A stretch of 34,283 nucleotides of DNA from Octopus bimaculoides (GCF_001194135.2 NC_068982.1:112056362-112090644); one strand, 5' to 3'; shown: positions 11,826-25,069, counted from the first letter of the stretch. Notes: generated by a model from the sequence alone, not told the origin. Numbers and translations are program-made.

Positions 11826-12699
11826 ACAGCCTTCAGTTTTCATATCAAATTTCGTGATCTAAATGAATGAGTATCAACAGAAACTGTACAATATCAGGTT
11901 AAGTGTTTAGCAGTATGAAAAGTTAGTGAATTGCTGATGGCTAGAGTTCTGGAGCACCAGTTCAAAGGTTATTGGCTGATATCTACTGCCCGTGTTTAGT
12001 TTTGTTTATGACCTGAACAATATATTTCACATTGTCAAAGATCCTCCCACAAAGTCATAGAAATAGGTAACTGATTAATCAGATGCAGAAACCACTAGCC
12101 CACGCCGTTTTGGTCCGTTACATAGGAGACCTGACTTTGTTTCTAACATTAAGTGCTTGTATGACCTGTATGGAAATACTTTATTACATATCAAATTTCT
12201 CATGTATAGAGTATCCACTGTTAGTTGGATATTATTCTAGGTTAACCAAAATAATACTAAACATTACATCTCTACATTTTGGTTACTGTGGTAGGTGTGT
12301 AAAACTTTCATAACGCCTCTGTTTGCGTCCATGACAAGCTGAGCATCTTTTTTTTTTCAAACAGAATAAACATAATCGAGTTCCTTTTTGACTGTACTCG
12401 ATTTTGCTTACTCGTTATTCAGGATTAATGAAATAATAACCAGCAGAAATTTAATACAACTATAACCCTCCGCTGAACAAACTATTTTCTATTTACTAAA
12501 ATTAATTTTAACTTGTAGATGTGGTACAGAGATATTACATCGATCTCAGTTTAGACGGGGCACAATACATGACAAATGAAAGGTTCCAGCAGATGCCTGT
12601 TAGACTTTCAGACAAGGGTTGATTCTGCCTCAATATTTGGCTAATGAGACTCATAAGCATTTGACTCAGCTACAATATATATTTAATGAGAGCGTCTGA

Positions 12700-12835
12700 G
12701 GTTGATTTGATGTCAGTTCATGCTTGTTGAGAGGTACAAACAGTTGACTCCGTCTCACTACACGCCTGATAGTACGTCAAAGTAGATTTAGGTGGGAAGT
12801 GAATTCAAAGCGTAGAACGACAAAACTAAATACCA
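12700..12835 (-). mobile_element. Very old Meta/MESC-like SINE fragment
   Basis: AAAGTAGATTTAGGTGGGAAGTGAATTCAAAGCGTAG is similar to AAAGTTGACCCCGGTAGCATTTGAACTCAGAATGTG of the 33910 copy. Confidence 0.4.
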
Positions 12836-12904
12836 TGGCTTGTTGTTGTTACTGTTATTGCTGCTACTTATCGCCAGACAGCACTGATAGATTAGACATA
12901 TAAT

Positions 12905-13035
12905 TAAAATATTTGACCATCCCATTTTAGCTTCAGAAATAATGTATCTATAACTTCATAAAAACGATGCGTAATTTGGAGGCGACTTATCTGCTATGTC
13001 TAGCAGAACAAGTGACCACATAGGCGCTTCCTCAG
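12905..13035 (+). repeat. Unclassified interspersed repeat, homologous to 8400-8555
   Basis: By-eye alignment within the window. Confidence 0.55.
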
Positions 13036-15217
13036 CTTTTACTCGACATTTTACCGTTTCCCACTGCCATCCCATCGCCATCCCGCCACCTGTTATAGAA
13101 AAAAATTGAAGAAATCAATATTATACTTCATACTCGAGAATCCAACTACTTGTCGCTGACTTAATTAAATTTTTATTATTTAATACGAAACTAACTAATC
13201 GATTTAAAAATACTTTAAAATTACTCTTGAAACATTCAAATATGAAGTGTGTAGGTACATTCTGTGTGTTGTCAGTGTGCTAAGGAATAAACGCAACCAA
13301 TATCCTTCTTTTNNNNNNNNNNNNNNNNNNNNNNNNNNNNNNNNNNNNNNNNNNNNNNNNNNNNNNNNNNNNNNNNNNNNNNNNNNNNNNNNNNNNNCAA
13401 CATCGATTTTTAGTTATAATTTAATGACATGAAAAGAAACAGAATCATTTTTCAGTAATTTTCTATGAATATTAAGGAAAGAAAATTGAGATATTAGATG
13501 GTTAGTTACTAAACATGAAAAATGGTCATTGTATTTATTGCGTACACTCAAACGATAACCGTTCCGAAATAAGACTTTGCTATTTCATCACAAAATATGA
13601 TTACATAAAATTAAGCAAATTCGAAGTTTCCGAGATATTTCTTTTTTTTTTTACAACATACGTTGACGAATCAAAAGACACTTTATTTAATTAGAAAGGT
13701 GATAGTATCTAGAAATAATATGATAAAAGAAAAGGAAGTTGATGTTCTTTGAATATAGATGATATTCTACCAGTAGATTACAAATTGACCTGTTCAAGGT
13801 TGTCGTTTGTTGCATATTTGCCAACAGAACTCTATCTTTCTCTCAATTATTGTATAACTATACAAGCAAATAACATTCAGCAGCAGGATTTAAATTTAAA
13901 ATTATTTTCATATTACTTTTATCTCAATTTGTGGTGCGTATGATATATATGCATATATAGTTATAGAATTGAAGGTATGTTCTAATTTTGGACTTACACC
14001 TTAAGGCGGAAAAGTGTTGGTGCATAAAAGGAAAATACTTTTATAAACCTGTTGGGGGTGCTAACCTTAGTTAGAACGTTTTATGATAACATAATAGGGA
14101 TTTGCTGCTCATTGATAAGAAATACTAGAATTTCTCTCAATTGACTTTCAATTAGAAACAAAGTAAGTTACTTTACCGTTATATGGCAATAATTATCATA
14201 CCTACACGATAATTTCCCGTGCACGCGCCCAGGCGCATGCGTGCGAAAGCAGACACGAGTACTCACACACTGTTTTTCAATGTCTAATCCTTGTTGATAT
14301 TTGAAACATAACCGACAAAGATATATTAGGATGACAATTCACAACTTAATAACGTATATACCGTTCTCAAATATAAATTATAGAACCAATTCGCAGCATT
14401 GTTACAGTCAGACTATAGTTGTTTTCTTCCTCCTATGAATTAAAATCTTGTCACGGCAAAGTTCCCAATCCTACAGACATTCTTCCGCCAATTCTCATAT
14501 TCACATTCTGAATAGAAATATATTTATGAATGTTAATAGACATACTTATATGAGAGTTAAGACATTTTAGTAAAATTTCCAAGTGGTCCTCAATTTAAAT
14601 AAACTTTATTAAAAGATTTGCAAAATATATGACAAGAATCAGTGGTGTCGTGAATGATTGTGTAAAAGTGTAAAACATTGGTTAATTTCCTTATCGGTGT
14701 TCTGATAACAAATTTATTTTGAGATCTTATCTGGTTTCACAGTGTATAGAATACTAGCAACGACAAAATACGTTAAGCTTCTGCACATACTTGCAAGAAG
14801 CCTGCATTGTCATCGATTGGTACTGCAGGCATCTCATTTAACAGTTTAATGGAAAATAGATCTTTGATGTATGGCGCAAAAAGAGAAACCATCAAGGGGT
14901 TGAGTTTCATCCCTTCTTAGTCCATTAGTTCGACGTCAGACTACAGCTGGCTGAATATTGTCACACACACACGTGCCAATAAATTAGTTACCGCCAATTA
15001 CAACGTACGGTGTATAAAACAGTAACATTTAATCTCAGCTAAATTTAATATAATGTAAGAGAAAAAAAAATCACATTTAATTCCCTATAACTAGAATGAA
15101 ATTATAAAATAAACATGTAACTATGGACAGGATAAATAATGAATTAGAAAACACAGGCAATTTTAATGTTTATATATGTTGGTTGGTAAATAAGAATGTA
15201 TCTATTGTATATAACAG

Positions 15218-15219
<2 letters not shown>

Positions 15220-15309
<90 letters not shown>

Positions 15310-15470
15310 ACACACACACACACTCACTCACACACACGCACACACACAGAGGTGTGGGATAGATGCGTGTGTGTCTATCTGTGTGTGTACCTATACACAT
15401 AGTCACTCACATACACACCCACACAGACTCATCTGCTCACGTATATAGGTACATGTATATATGTACATGT

Positions 15471-15533
<63 letters not shown>

Positions 15534-15710
15534 CGTATATATACACACATACACACATACATATACATGTATACACACAAACACATACATACACGCACAC
15601 ACACATAAATATATGCAGATGAGCAGTCAAAAACACGCCCATGAAGACATGCTAAGATATACATGCACGCACACATAAACACAAACACACACACACATGC
15701 ACATATGTAA
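15220..15710. repeat. Long (CA)n plus (TA)n/(TACA)n microsatellite field
   Basis: Visible. Confidence 0.95.
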
Positions 15711-16459
15711 TTACGGACTAGTTGTGTTCCATAGAATTCTAATAACGTTGGTTATGATGTTTACAAAAACAAAACTCGCGACACCGTTCGTTGTATATCC
15801 ATTACATGTATTAAAGAAAATATATACTAATAACAAAATATATTAACATGGCAAAAAAAAAATGCAGAAACACAAAAACAGTTTAACAAAATAATTATCT
15901 CACAAGCAAGAGAAAGACAGGAAGAATAATATATAATGTTTAGAGTAAAAATTTGTAAGGCAAGGGGAATAACTATATTTTTACTGATTAATATATTATT
16001 GAACTATTCAAGGGGGATAAGTTATTATTTTGCATATTGTAGATGAAAATATTGGTTTCTTTGAGTGCATTGTATAATTTTAGTGAAGAGAAATTCTACA
16101 AATATATATTAAAATATTCATGATTATCACATGAGTATTATTTTATTCTTACAGTGTAAGGAGCAAGCAAAGATTAAAACTGAAAATATTCTTTAGACAA
16201 GCTTTAGAGATATTCATTATATATTGTTTGTAGCATATGTTCCATTCGTGTGTCATGTAGAACGTGTGTTGCAAGGTGAGCAGATTTGCCTTGTGGTAAT
16301 TTGTTAAACGTCCTCCCGTAAAGAAATTATTGTTTTCCTTTAATTATGCTTAGAAAGGTATTATGCTGACGAAAATTTTATTCGTTGGTGATAAAAAATT
16401 CTATTAAATTCTTTAATGACTACCGATTTCAAAAGCACTCTTCTAAGTTATCATCGGCA

Positions 16460-16730
16460 AAATGTATGTATGTACTTATGTATGAATATATGTCTTTGTG
16501 TGTATGTATGTATGTATGTATGTATGTATGTGTGTGTATATATACTACATATGTATGCATGTATACATATACACACATGCACATACACATATATATAAAT
16601 TAATATATATATATATATATACACACCCAAACACATATGTGTGTGTGTGTGTGTGTGTGTGTTTGGGTGTGCGCACAAGTGTGTATGTGTGTTAAGCATT
16701 TGTGTGTGTTTGCGCCTGTGTGAGTGCACA
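16460..16730. repeat. (TATG)n/(TA)n/(GT)n microsatellite field
   Basis: Visible. Confidence 0.9.
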
Positions 16731-17449
16731 GATATAAATTAAGGAGATTAATTGTGTAATATGAGGAGAGGAGATAATCTTATAAAGAGGCTAGCGCCTC
16801 TGTTTCACTCTATAACAATTCTGTTGTAAAGAGAGTATAGTGCATTTCTGAAAAGAGAAAATATGTAAATATAGTTTCGCCAGTATATATGTATGTATAT
16901 ATATATATATATATNNNNNNNNNNNNNNNNNNNNNNNNNNNNNNNNNNNNNNNNNNNNNNNNNNNNNNNNNNNNNNNNNNNNNNNNNNNNNNNNNNNNNN
17001 NNNNNNNNNNNNNNNNNNNNNNNNNNNNNNNNNNNNNNNNNNNNNNNNNNNNNNNNNNNNNNNNNNNNNNNNNNNNNNNNNNNNNNNNNNNNNNNNNNNN
17101 NNNNNNNNNNNNNNNNNNNNNNNNNNNNNNNNNNNNNNNNNNNNNNNNNNNNNNNNNNNNNNNNNNNNNNNNNNNNNNNNNNNNNNNNNNNNNNNNNNNN
17201 NNNNNNNNNNNNNNNNNNNNNNNNNNNNNNNNNNNNNNNNNNNNNNNNNNNNNNNNNNNNNNNNNNNNNNNNNNNNNNNNNNNNNNNNNNNNNNNNNNNN
17301 NNNNNNNNNNNNNNNNNNNNNNNNNNNNNNNNNNNNNNNNNNNNNNNNNNNNNNNNNNNNNNNNNNNNNNNNNNNNNNNNNNNNNNNNNNNNNNNNNNNN
17401 NNNNNNNNNNNNNNNNNNNNNNNNNNNNNNNNNNNNNNNNNNNNNNNNN

Positions 17450-17655
17450 TCCCTCTCTCTCTCTCTCTCCCTCTCTCTCTCCCCTCTCTCCCTCTCCCTC
17501 TCTCTCTCGCGCTCTCTCCCTCTCCCTCTCTATCTTCCTCTCTCCCTCTATTTCATATGTAAATGTTTGCGTCTGTATATCTGTGTATCTGTGCATCTGA
17601 TTGTGTGTTTGTGCGCGCGCGCGCGCATTTGTGTGAGTACACGCGCGTGCGCGTT
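17450..17655. repeat. (CT)n tract followed by a GT/GC-alternating tract including (GC)7 at 17613-17626
   Basis: Visible. Confidence 0.9.
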
Positions 17656-18389
17656 TCCTTGTGTTAATGCCTAAGCATATATATGTTTCGAAATCACTCT
17701 CTGATATCAAACAAACTTGGTAGGGAACGTATATTTGTAATTACATTATTCCATTAAACTAATTGTATTACACTTCCTGAATACTGAATAGATTTATCAA
17801 AATAATAATAATAATAATTATAGCAACGACAGAAGCAACAAAAATAACAACAACAGCAATATCTAAAATAAATAAGGAAATAAATGCGTGATTCCGATAG
17901 CTTCTACTAAAATTGTTTAAACACTCTTTACTGTAAAATTCGGTAAGAAAATTATCATGATAGGAAATGTTTTAATAGCCTATAGGGGAGATAATTACTG
18001 AAAGAAATAATAACTGAAATAACTCAGGGACAGATGGGATTGTTGCGGAACAGAATTAACGTGAAATCTGAAATATAATTTTCATTGATGCCTTTAACAA
18101 ATTAGCCTATCGAGAGATACGCATACTCGCGCATGCACGCAAACACACGCACATACACACGCACACATACATGCACACATACAGACACACACACAAACAG
18201 GTACACACACACAAATACACAGGTGTATAACAGGCCATTTTTACGTTCGCAGCTCTATCATGTTTATTGTTATTATTTAGTCCAAGTTCGCTGATGGTGT
18301 AATATGGATAAATTTTCTCTAAAGTCTGGTCCTACAACGCTCAATTTGGACGTTCACTACCGTGGCCGCCGACTGACCTAAGTTTCAAA

Positions 18390-18545
18390 AGGGGAAGAAG
18401 AGAGAGAAAGAATGAGAGAGAGAGAGAGAGAGAATGAGAGAGAGAGAGACAGACTGACAGACAGAAACAGAGAGAGAGAGAGGGGGAGGAAGGGAGGGAG
18501 AAGGAAAAAGAGGAGAGGGAGAGAAAGAATGAGAGAGGAGATAGA
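18390..18545. repeat. (GA)n polypurine tract
   Basis: Visible. Confidence 0.9.
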
Positions 18546-18635
18546 AGGATACTAAGAATGCTGGTGAGATTACACTATACAATGTATTGAGAATATGTTA
18601 TTGATTTTATTTTTTTTTAAACCATGATCTATCTC

Positions 18636-18961
18636 TGGCACTCCGTCGCTTACGACGACGAGGGTTCCAGTTGATCCGACCAACGGAACAGCCTGCTCGT
18701 GAAATTAACGTGCAAGTGGCTGAACACTCCACAGACACGTGTACTCTTAACGTAATTCTCGGGGATATTCAGCGTGACACAGTGTGACAAGGCTGGCCCT
18801 TCGAATTACAGGCACAACAGAAACAGGAAGTAAGAGAAAGTTGTGGTGGAAGAGTACAGCAGGGTTCACCACCATCCCCTGCCGGAGCCTCGTGGAGCTT
18901 TTAGGTGTTTTCGCTCAATAAACACTCACAATGCCCGGTCTGGGAATCGAAACCGCGATCC
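18636..18961 (-). mobile_element. tRNA-derived SINE, copy 3 (5' part of head lost in N-gap)
   Basis: Reverse complement matches copies 1 and 2 from GATCGCGGTTTCGATTCCC to GACGGAGTGCCA. Confidence 0.9.
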
Positions 18962-19399
18962 NNNNNNNNNNNNNNNNNNNNNNNNNNNNNNNNNNNNNNN
19001 NNNNNNNNNNNNNNNNNNNNNNNNNNNNNNNNNNNNNNNNNNNNNNNNNNNNNNNNNNNNNNNNNNNNNNNNNNNNNNNNNNNNNNNNNNNNNNNNNNNN
19101 NNNNNNNNNNNNNNNNNNNNNNNNNNNNNNNNNNNNNNNNNNNNNNNNNNNNNNNNNNNNNNNNNNNNNNNNNNNNNNNNNNNNNNNNNNNNNNNNNNNN
19201 NNNNNNNNNNNNNNNNNNNNNNNNNNNNNNNNNNNNNNNNNNNNNNNNNNNNNNNNNNNNNNNNNNNNNNNNNNNNNNNNNNNNNNNNNNNNNNNNNNNN
19301 NNNNNNNNNNNNNNNNNNNNNNNNNNNNNNNNNNNNNNNNNNNNNNNNNNNNNNNNNNNNNNNNNNNNNNNNNNNNNNNNNNNNNNNNNNNNNNNNNNN

Positions 19400-19473
<74 letters not shown>

Positions 19474-19535
19474 AATCATCATCATCATCCTCATCCATCA
19501 TCATCCTCATCCATCATCATCCTCATCATCGTCAT
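19400..19535. repeat. (ATC)n trinucleotide microsatellite
   Basis: Visible; source of the poly-S/H/I/M/D ORFs. Confidence 0.95.
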
Positions 19536-19544
19536 TGACATCAG

Positions 19545-19650
19545 AAATTGCAAATCAAAGTGAGCTCGCTGGGGTTTGAACTGAGAATAGAAAGGGATGT
19601 AACTAAATAACATAAAATATATCTTTGCATGGGGCTGTATCGGTTCTGAA
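19545..19650 (-). mobile_element. Old Meta/MESC-like SINE head fragment
   Basis: CAAAGTGAGCTCGCTGGGGTTTGAACTGAGAAT is similar to the B-box region of the 33910 copy. Confidence 0.4.
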
Positions 19651-19739
19651 GTCCTCTATCTTGGTAGTTATCGTGATACAAACAAAAAAAAATTGGAGAA
19701 CAAAATGCCTTTTTGCATTTAGTTTCCACAATTTACATT

Positions 19740-19860
19740 CTTATTCAAATCTCACTTGTTTGGAATCTGCGTTTCATTCCTCCAGTGACGATAAAATAAA
19801 GTAATATTGATGTACTGAAGTCGATATAATCGCCCTTCAACGACCTCCAGATAAAGAGCT
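19740..19860 (+). mobile_element. Old Meta/MESC-like SINE central domain
   Basis: GCGTTTCATTCCTCCAGTGACGATAAAATAAAGTA...ACTGAAGTCGATATAATCG matches the reverse complement of the central part of the 33910 copy. Confidence 0.5.
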
Positions 19861-19959
19861 TCTTAGAAATAAATACTACTTTTCAAATAAAGCAGGGAAT
19901 TGGCAGTATCAGTTAACCAGGAGGCTGTACCTAGTTATGTGTTTGGTCTCGAGACTGAC

Positions 19960-20185
19960 TCATGAAGACTGTTTATCTGGACTTTCAAATCGTTTAGGTG
20001 AGAGAAATTACAACGCTCTACGTTTCCGAAAGGACGCCAGTCTGTCGAAGGATTAATCACTAGCTACCATTTGTACTCACTCCAAGTTACCTAGACTGAA
20101 GCAACAAAAGATGAAGTGTCTTTTTCGAGGACAAACGTACTGCCAAATCCGAGAATAGCATTCACGATCTAACGAACGTTGAATT
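19960..20185 (-). mobile_element. Old CORE-like SINE remnant
   Basis: GAAGCAACAAAAGATGAAGTGTCTTTTTCGAGGACAAACG...TCACGATCT parallels 1960-2030. Confidence 0.45.
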
Positions 20186-20234
20186 GAAGATTATGAAGAC
20201 TAGGCCACTTTTCTTCTCTGCTTGTTGTCTGGAA

Positions 20235-20290
20235 TCAAATGAAATACGTGTCAAGTACTGAGATCAATGTAAGCGACTTTTGCCATCATT
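20235..20290 (+). mobile_element. Short Meta/MESC-like SINE fragment
   Basis: GTCAAGTACTGAGATCAATGTAAGCGACTT resembles GTTGAACACTGGCATTGATGTAATCGACTT of the 33910 copy. Confidence 0.35.
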
Positions 20291-21184
20291 CCAGTATAAA
20301 ATTTAGACTCCACACAAAATTCTTCAGATAATATAGAGCTAGGAGTAAATTATCCTAATATCTGTCTAATATTTTAATGACGATAGGCAGGAAAATTGCT
20401 ATTTCAGGGAGATATTACCCATCATTTCTAGCGGATGGAGTGATTATGTTGGAATAAAGAGAGAGATAGAGACAAAGAGAGAATGAAGTGAGGAGAGAGA
20501 TAGACTGACTTCATCAGTGATTTTTGAGAGACAAAGAATGTGTAGAAAGTAAAGGAATGGAAAACAGACAACAACAACAGCAAAACCAACCACTTCGAAA
20601 GAATGAACATAACAAGAGACAATTAGAAGTGGAAGAAAAACGAGTGAGAAAGAGAGAGAGAAGAAGGAGGGAGAAATTTAAAAAGAATATACCGATGGGT
20701 GAAAGGAGGAGAAGATGAGGAGGAAATGCGTGCTTGCGATTGGTTGCTGTTAAAAAGGATCATTGGTGGTGTGTTAGATTTCAAAGGTAGACATATTGAT
20801 TGGAAATGATTGTCAAAAATCTCACTACCTCCTCCTCATCTTCGTCTTCGTCCTCCTCCTCCGCTTTTTCGTTCTATATTTCTTCCACTTCTTCAATTTT
20901 ATTTCTTTTCTCTTTCTCCTTTCTCCGTCTCCTCCCCCTCTCTTTTCTGTCTTTCTCAATGATAGTACTTCACAATCGAACCAAACATACATGCACACCT
21001 ACTTACAGATGCACATGCAAACTTAGCTATACATACATATAGTTACAAGTATACACACAAATACACATACCAAATAATGTGTAGTTTTGATCGGGATTTA
21101 GCAGTTATTTCTACAAGAAGGACTGATCACACAGAAGTGCTTTCTTTGGCACCGATATTTAAATACTACAGAAGACAAATATCG

Positions 21185-21199
21185 TAACATATATGTATG

Positions 21200-21234
<35 letters not shown>

Positions 21235-21330
21235 TAACATTTTGGTTTATGTATGTATGTATGTATGTATGTATGCATGTATGTATGTATATGTGTGTAT
21301 ATATGTGTGTATGTGTGTGTGTGTGTGTGG
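21185..21330. repeat. (TA)n/(TATG)n/(GT)n microsatellites
   Basis: Visible. Confidence 0.9.
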
Positions 21331-24300
21331 ATATAATAAAAGCTTGACTCAACTCCACGTGATTTAAAGTTTCGTGGGTGCATAGGACATATCCATCTTA
21401 TCAGGTTCGAGGAACAGAGTGCGATATTTGAAAGGAACTGGAGATGCCTTCTATGTGTTTAGGTTTCTACATATAATAGAAATGCTTATATTCTTAAAAA
21501 CTATAAAATCTCATCAATTTTTTTTAAATAGCTCAGCATGCTTCTACTTGTACTTTGGACAAGGCACTGTACATTCAATAAAGCAAATCGTTAGATGTTT
21601 TATTGGTACCTTCTAGTGTTATTTCGCGTGTTTTAGTTAAATCGTATTCTGCTGAAATTGCCTCTAAAGTAAATTAAAATGAGACATTAATAGCTTGTTA
21701 TTATGTGACCAACCCATCTTTTTTTATTCAAATATAATGTATCAGGGACCATAACTTACGGGCCCTTTCGTTTTTAAGACTGAAGAATGTGATTTGTACA
21801 GTCAAGTACACATTTACTCTGAGGTATACTTCAACTGGGAAAAACAGAGTGAATGTATTACTATATACTGGTATATGTTAAGCGGGCACTTTACCTCCCG
21901 GAAATAGTAGCCAAATTTTATCAAAATTCGACCTTACAACTTCAAAAACAAATGACATTGCACAATGCATTATATCCAAATAAAAGATGAAATGGTTATT
22001 GTGAGAATGTCTTTCATCACAGATCTATTGTGTCAATAACAAGGAACAAACATTGAAACAAAAACGATTCTATGAGCAAAGATAAAATAAAGAAAACTGG
22101 ATTAAATATAGTAAAATACAAATTTGCTAGTTAAGGCCAGATATTTATATGAGACAGAAATTAGATTGTAAATTATTCATGTCTCTTTTTCATAAGCATT
22201 TGTGGTGAAAACGAATTTTATTAAACCGAGAATCGAAGCCGACTAATCGACACAGAGCGTCTTGGGTCACTGTTTATGTTCTAGATCGCTTCTTTTCTAT
22301 TGGTTATATGTTGATTGATAGATTCTCTACAGGATTAGAAGAAAATAAAATCGACGACATTCTCAGAGAGTGTCTAGTGTTGATAGACTTTCAACCTGGA
22401 AACTATTGATAACTCGCAGGAATCACTGTCTTGCAAGTGACACATGGAGGCATGTAAATGTTATCATCACGTTCTCGGAAATCGCTGATAAACAAGGACT
22501 GCTCTTAGACACACGTGCGCACACACGCATGCGTATATATATATATATATATATACNNNNNNNNNNNNNNNNNNNNNNNNNNNNNNNNNNNNNNNNNNNN
22601 NNNNNNNNNNNNNNNNNNNNNNNNNNNNNNNNNNNNNNNNNNNNNNNNNNNNNNNNNNNNNNNNNNNNNNNNNNNNNNNNNNNNNNNNNNNNNNNNNNNN
22701 NNNNNNNNNNNNNNNNNNNNNNNNNNNNNNNNNNNATATACAGTCAAAATTGTTGCGTGAAAAAGCATCCAAGCTCACGAAAGAAACATGAAAATGAAGA
22801 CACAAAACAAAATAATAGACAGTAAAACATGTGAACAACAAAAAATGTTTTAATAAAAATGTTATAGAAAATTAGACACGAATGACATTTCTATAATTAG
22901 TTCAAAACCCACCTAAATTACTTCATCTTTTATTCTTCCGGTGTTGATAAAGTAATGTAGGAATTAAATACAGCGGAGGATATGAGACATCTCCCTAATT
23001 TCTGATTTTGTGCCTATTATTGTCGATGTTAGCTAGCTAGCCACAAAGGATCTATTTGCTTTTACCAACAATTTTGGCAAATAGAGTCTGTTAACTCTTT
23101 TCTGTTTATCAAGGTAAATGCAAAGAATCTTGTTGTTTCAATATAAAGAATAAACGGCAAGTAAGAGATGTCAATTAACTGGAGTTAGTGGTAATTAATA
23201 TGAAATGGACAAAATACTATAAAATAAACATTTGATCAATTGCTTGGAACAAACAGGTAACAACTGAATCAGCTAGTATTAAAAAAACTGACTTAAATTT
23301 AAAATAACATTCCAAACGACTTTTCTTTGGAAAAGTAAAAAAAATTTTTAAACAAATACAAGAATTAATCTTAGATTTCGTGCGATAGCCACAGTATAGG
23401 AAATCCCAAAGAAATATATCTATCAAGTAGTACTTAGTAAGAAAGTAACATGCGAGAAAAACTTGACAGAAAAAAAACAGTATCTTAACAAAGCAAAAAA
23501 TATATAAGACATAAAACATTGGAACTGATGGGGAAATATCAAAGAATAAAACATGTTTGGGAAAAATATTTAATGCTAAATAAACACTCCAAGGGGATAA
23601 AAAATGGATTGTACAGATAATTAAATGGAAATAAAATACATATAGTAGTAATTCCTGTAACAAGAAAAACTATAGTAGATTTCCAGTAAAATATCTGGAA
23701 GACAGTTTCTTGTCATAAAAAATGGGTTGATGTAAACAAAATAAACTAAAATGAAAATATTTAAAACCTCAGAATTTGTGTAAACGGAGCCAAAAAAATA
23801 AGTCAGTAACATGAAAATGCAATTAAAAGTTTTTCATCGTGGGTAATAAGAGATAGATGCTTATGTCTTCCTCATTTCCTAAATGGAGCTATTACCATCA
23901 AACATTATATAAATCTGAAATATCAATATAGTTAAGTCATGAAGCTCTTGTAGCATAAAACTAATAAGACGGAAAACGTTTGATATATCCAAATAAGTGT
24001 AGCAAAAGCTAAGTAGTGGGAGGGGCTCTTATTGGTAGGATTAATTACGGCAATTCATTGAAGTTGATATTCCGAGACATGTGTTGCAAAAGATTCAAGC
24101 TTCATGCACGTGTTCAGAATATTTCAGATTATTATTATTTTTGCGACATGTATGGCACGTAATGAATCAACAATGGTTGTCGGAACTCTACAAGACAAAG
24201 CTTTATTGAAGAAGAACGTTTTCTCTTATGACTCGGTTTCATGGAAATATTCTGCCAGGCACTTACCTGAAGCAGCAAAACTGAATTCAACAACTTGAAA

Positions 24301-24859
24301 GTAGAAAGATTTTTATAAACTACAATATATTAATAATATAGAGCTGTCACGGTAACAAATATATGACTGAAACACTATATTTTAAACCGTGATGCTTTCC
24401 AATTCATGATTATCACAAACTAACTGAATAGATGCGCGAAATTAACCAGTAACATCTAGAAATAAACTGCTACAAACAAGTGAAGAATATACGTATTTGA
24501 TAAACAGTAGAGAACGACAGATAGAACAGGTCAATGTGAAATACTACAGGAAATATAAGTACCACATGAGAATGAAAATGATGATATATAAACTTAACGC
24601 TTAAATAAAATAGAATTTATAAACAGTAGCTATTATATGGTACACTGAAATTAGTTCTCAAGATCATATGATGTGGTAAGTATATAAGACGCTAGATGTC
24701 ATCGGTTGTACATACCTAGATGTAAAGTATATACACAAGGATAATGGATAGGACACGCACATGCACAGCTTCGAACATCCAATAAAATACACATATACAA
24801 TCGAGAGGAAGGCATCTTTATAGAAGATACTGTTTCTTTATAGTGATTCTAAAACACTA

Positions 24860-24908
<49 letters not shown>

Positions 24909-25028
24909 NNNNNNNNNNNNNNNNNNNNNNNNNNNNNNNNNNNNNNNNNNNNNNNNNNNNNNNNNNNNNNNNNNNNNNNNNNNNNNNNNNNNNNNNNNNN
25001 NNNNNNNNNNNNNNNNNNNNNNNNNNNN

Positions 25029-25069
<41 letters not shown>

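Larger units (their letters stand above)
1304..25028. other. Ten assembly gaps: 1304-1313, 3147-3448, 6267-6324, 7403-7797, 8976-9681, 13313-13397, 16915-17449, 18962-19399, 22557-22735, 24909-25028
   Basis: N runs; most abut microsatellites or young repeats. Confidence 0.98.

Noticed and set aside
14221-14245. GCACGC/GCGTGC hairpin with an NRF1-like GCGCATGCG motif
   Set aside because: Too short, with no promoter context visible.
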